Shown here one piece after another: positions 24,931 to 26,967 of a stretch of 26,967 bases of DNA. This DNA is from a virus. Lineage: Duplodnaviria; Caudoviricetes. The DNA is taken from the IMG/VR virus record IMGVR_UViG_3300017784_002570, positions 1-26,967 of that record; one strand, given 5' to 3'. The translations under genes were made by a program, and so were the position numbers. The stretch's first letter is position 1. Every line of letters begins with the position of its first letter. A model generated the notes under the pieces. It was not told the DNA's origin and did not search any database. It worked only from the letters and a program-made list of their open reading frames with translations.

Positions 24931-25801
24931 CTATATAAACTCGAGTAACGAGTTGTCTTTGTTGTATGTTGTTAATCAGTTGTTCACGTGGAATAGTTTC
25001 AATTATCTTTGCCACAGGAAATTTTAAAGGTTGTAGTTTAACATGATTAAACTGTGGGTATCCTCGACTGGCAAAAAAATCATAGTGTGCTTGATAGTAT
25101 TGTTGCATATTTTGTAGCATGGTGTCTACTTCATCTGAGTCAAGTTCAAAAAATCTTACCACAAAATCTGGGTTGTAATAGTTAAACGGTTGAAAGGCGT
25201 CGTCACCAATGTATGCATCATTGTCCGTCATAAGGTCAAGCAATGTTTTTCCAATCTCAACATAGTTCAAACACACACTTCCAAATGACGGATTGATCTC
25301 ACCGCATTGAGTCATGATCTCCTCTGAGAGAGCAACGTCTTTAGGCAAGCCAAACCAAGTGCAAACAAGTCTTGGTTTTAGTTTTCTTGATGCGGATTCG
25401 CAACGATGAACAGCCAAGTTTAATTCGGCCAGTGCCTTTTTCACAGGCTTTGGAGCACGTAACCACCAAAGAGTTTTTTGTTGATTTAGCAGGCCATGGT
25501 ATTGTTCAAAAATGTTGTGCAGGTAGTTTAAACAATCCTGGTCATGCACCGTGGTAAACTCTCGTTCAATAATTGGTTGGTAGCTGTTGATTGTGGCAAT
25601 ACAGCCCTGAATCATTTTTTCTGCGCGATCAATTTCTTGCTCTTGTGAATCAAATCCGTAAAAACGGTCAGGATGATCTATTGGATACGGATCCCGCAGG
25701 TGCATGCGCTCAAGCCAAAGATCGGCCAAGGGCGTGTTGTGTATTTCAAAGTCTAGGGTATAGTTTGCACCTAAATCTATGTGCAAATATTGTTGGGGCA
25801 T
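24899..25801 (-). CDS. Hypothetical protein (300 aa)
   Basis: Long ORF between a promoter and uvsW; LHNIFE and VHRCE motifs. Confidence 0.75.
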   Translation of the reverse strand: MPQQYLHIDLGANYTLDFEIHNTPLADLWLERMHLRDPYPIDHPDRFYGFDSQEQEIDRAEKMIQGCIATINSYQPIIEREFTTVHDQDCLNYLHNIFEQYHGLLNQQKTLWWLRAPKPVKKALAELNLAVHRCESASRKLKPRLVCTWFGLPKDVALSEEIMTQCGEINPSFGSVCLNYVEIGKTLLDLMTDNDAYIGDDAFQPFNYYNPDFVVRFFELDSDEVDTMLQNMQQYYQAHYDFFASRGYPQFNHVKLQPLKFPVAKIIETIPREQLINNIQQRQLVTRVYIDETMHHTNSR

Positions 25802-25807
25802 GATAAC

Positions 25808-25836
25808 AGTATATACTTATCACAGCAAGAAGTCAA
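25808..25836 (-). promoter_or_regulatory. Sigma70-type promoter
   Basis: TTGACT, 17 nt, TATACT, 6 nt, ATG. Confidence 0.8.
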
Positions 25837-25867
25837 AAAGACAGGTACCGTTTTACGGGTACCTGCC
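25835..25867 (-). terminator. Rho-independent terminator
   Basis: GGCAGGTACC-CGTAAAAC-GGTACCTGTC-TTTTT; the T run merges into the next -35 box. Confidence 0.85.
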
Positions 25868-25915
25868 ACAAAGCCCGGGCCGGAGCCAACCAATGCCCAG
25901 GATAACCTTGGAGAG

Positions 25916-26131
25916 TTATGCTTTTGAATTGACTGATGTCTTGAACAGGAAGCCGCACAGGACAGTGATGCCCCAGGCTTGCAACCAGGTGACTTCTTTA
26001 ACAGAAGGCACTGCATCAACCAAGCAACCATTCCACAGCATGTACACAGGCCAGCTAAGTAAGAAACTCAGTAACAGAACTCCTGCAATAGCAAGCACAA
26101 CTGTACCGACAAAAACTGTAAATTTTTCCAT
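25916..26131 (-). CDS. Small membrane protein (71 aa)
   Basis: Hydrophobic segments; GGAG RBS. Confidence 0.75.
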   Translation of the reverse strand: MEKFTVFVGTVVLAIAGVLLLSFLLSWPVYMLWNGCLVDAVPSVKEVTWLQAWGITVLCGFLFKTSVNSKA

Positions 26132-26132
26132 G

Positions 26133-26249
26133 TCACGCTCCGTAATACTCTAAACATTTAACTGTAAAGCCAGCCTCACGCTGTTCGTCTGCTTCATACT
26201 CAGTATCCACCGAGTACAGGTACAAATCACCATCCCAAATTTCAAACAT
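26133..26249 (-). CDS. Small acidic protein (38 aa), not in the ORF track
   Basis: MFEIWDGDLYLYSVDTEYEADEQREAGFTVKCLEYYGA; AAGGA RBS; ends 1 nt before the next ATG. Confidence 0.65.
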   Translation of the reverse strand: MFEIWDGDLYLYSVDTEYEADEQREAGFTVKCLEYYGA

Positions 26250-26279
26250 ATCAAATCCTTACATTAATGCTATTATTGA

Positions 26280-26453
26280 TCAGTATACTTCTTTGATAAT
26301 ATCAAATTCTGTACTATTCCATTTGGCCTTAAACTCAGCAGAGTTCACATACTCGTTATAAGAGTTGGCGTCAAAAAACATCTTGTGAAAAACACTTTTG
26401 ACCTGCCCTTTGACAGTTACTGTTAGGTAAACAGACTTTGCTTTTCCAGCCAT
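26280..26453 (-). CDS. Small hypothetical protein (57 aa), not in the ORF track
   Basis: MAGKAKSVYLTVTVKGQVKSVFHKMFFDANSYNEYVNSAEFKAKWNSTEFDIIKEVY; AGGAG RBS; starts 1 nt after the ATPase stop. Confidence 0.7.
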   Translation of the reverse strand: MAGKAKSVYLTVTVKGQVKSVFHKMFFDANSYNEYVNSAEFKAKWNSTEFDIIKEVY

Positions 26454-26454
26454 A

Positions 26455-26967
26455 TTAGGCTCCTGCGGGTTTCATAACAGTGGTCTCTGCCAGGCGCTTC
26501 CAGTTCAACACTGACATCTTGCGCAAGTCCGCAATCTTAAGAGCCATACGCAGACTCATCTCACGCAAACGATTTTTATTCTCGTCCATGAAGGCGATGA
26601 TCTCGTCATGCACACACTCGTCAAAGTCGTAGTCTGCAAACAACACACCGTCCTTGGCAATCTGCTTGATCCGCAGGACCTTGTCACGCATGGTGTCTAG
26701 TGTCAAGTCCAAATAGTGGCATCGGCTTTGCAGTGCATCCAAGTGGTCCCGCAATTTCTGCGAACGCATGGTATCAAACTTCAAGTTGGTAATAAAAATT
26801 ACCGAACCCTTGAAGTCAAAGCTGTCTGGGATGCCCTCAGAGCTCAACACACGGCTCTCACTCAACCAGGAAATCTTACGCTTCTTGCCGGAGTCCAGGG
26901 CACCCTTCAGCAAGTTAAGTGCAACGTCATCCAACAGGATGGAGTCACAGTCATCAAACACCAACAC
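26455..26967 (-). CDS. AAA+ ATPase, 3' part
   Basis: Walker B LVFDDCD, sensor I FITN and Arg finger ALQSRC; N-terminus lies outside the window. Confidence 0.85.
   Translation of the reverse strand: MLVFDDCDSILLDDVALNLLKGALDSGKKRKISWLSESRVLSSEGIPDSFDFKGSVIFITNLKFDTMRSQKLRDHLDALQSRCHYLDLTLDTMRDKVLRIKQIAKDGVLFADYDFDECVHDEIIAFMDENKNRLREMSLRMALKIADLRKMSVLNWKRLAETTVMKPAGA

Noticed and set aside
1-26967. Stop-codon reassignment, tRNA or rRNA genes, or a bacterial chromosomal origin of the window
   Set aside because: Genes are full length in the standard code using TAA, TGA and TAG; intergenic gaps show no cloverleaf; the isc genes are embedded among phage structural and replication genes.

Overview
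This window is a fragment of a large T4-like/jumbo-type tailed dsDNA phage genome: densely packed, almost all on the minus strand, with frequent ATGA/TAATG stop-start overlaps. From the right end it holds a partial AAA+ ATPase, small ORFs, a UvsW-like SF2 helicase, a possible clamp-loader small subunit, an HNH homing endonuclease, a 193-aa miniature DnaE-type polymerase core, a structural protein, primase, an antisense GIY-YIG homing endonuclease and a DnaB-type helicase. These are followed by a radical SAM / sulfotransferase-like / SGNH-like accessory cassette, a block of late TAAATA-driven probable virion proteins including a Pol-beta nucleotidyltransferase + KxDG ligase-like fusion, a grxD-iscU-iscA Fe-S operon, a PD-(D/E)XK exonuclease, a beta-helix tail protein and the 5' part of nrdA. 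Two promoter classes are visible: sigma70-like (17-nt spacer, mostly leaderless) and T4-late-like TAAATA. The IscU and GrxD sequences suggest a proteobacterial, probably betaproteobacterial, host (inference). I saw no tRNA, rRNA or CRISPR array. All family calls come from motif recognition by eye; no searches were run.
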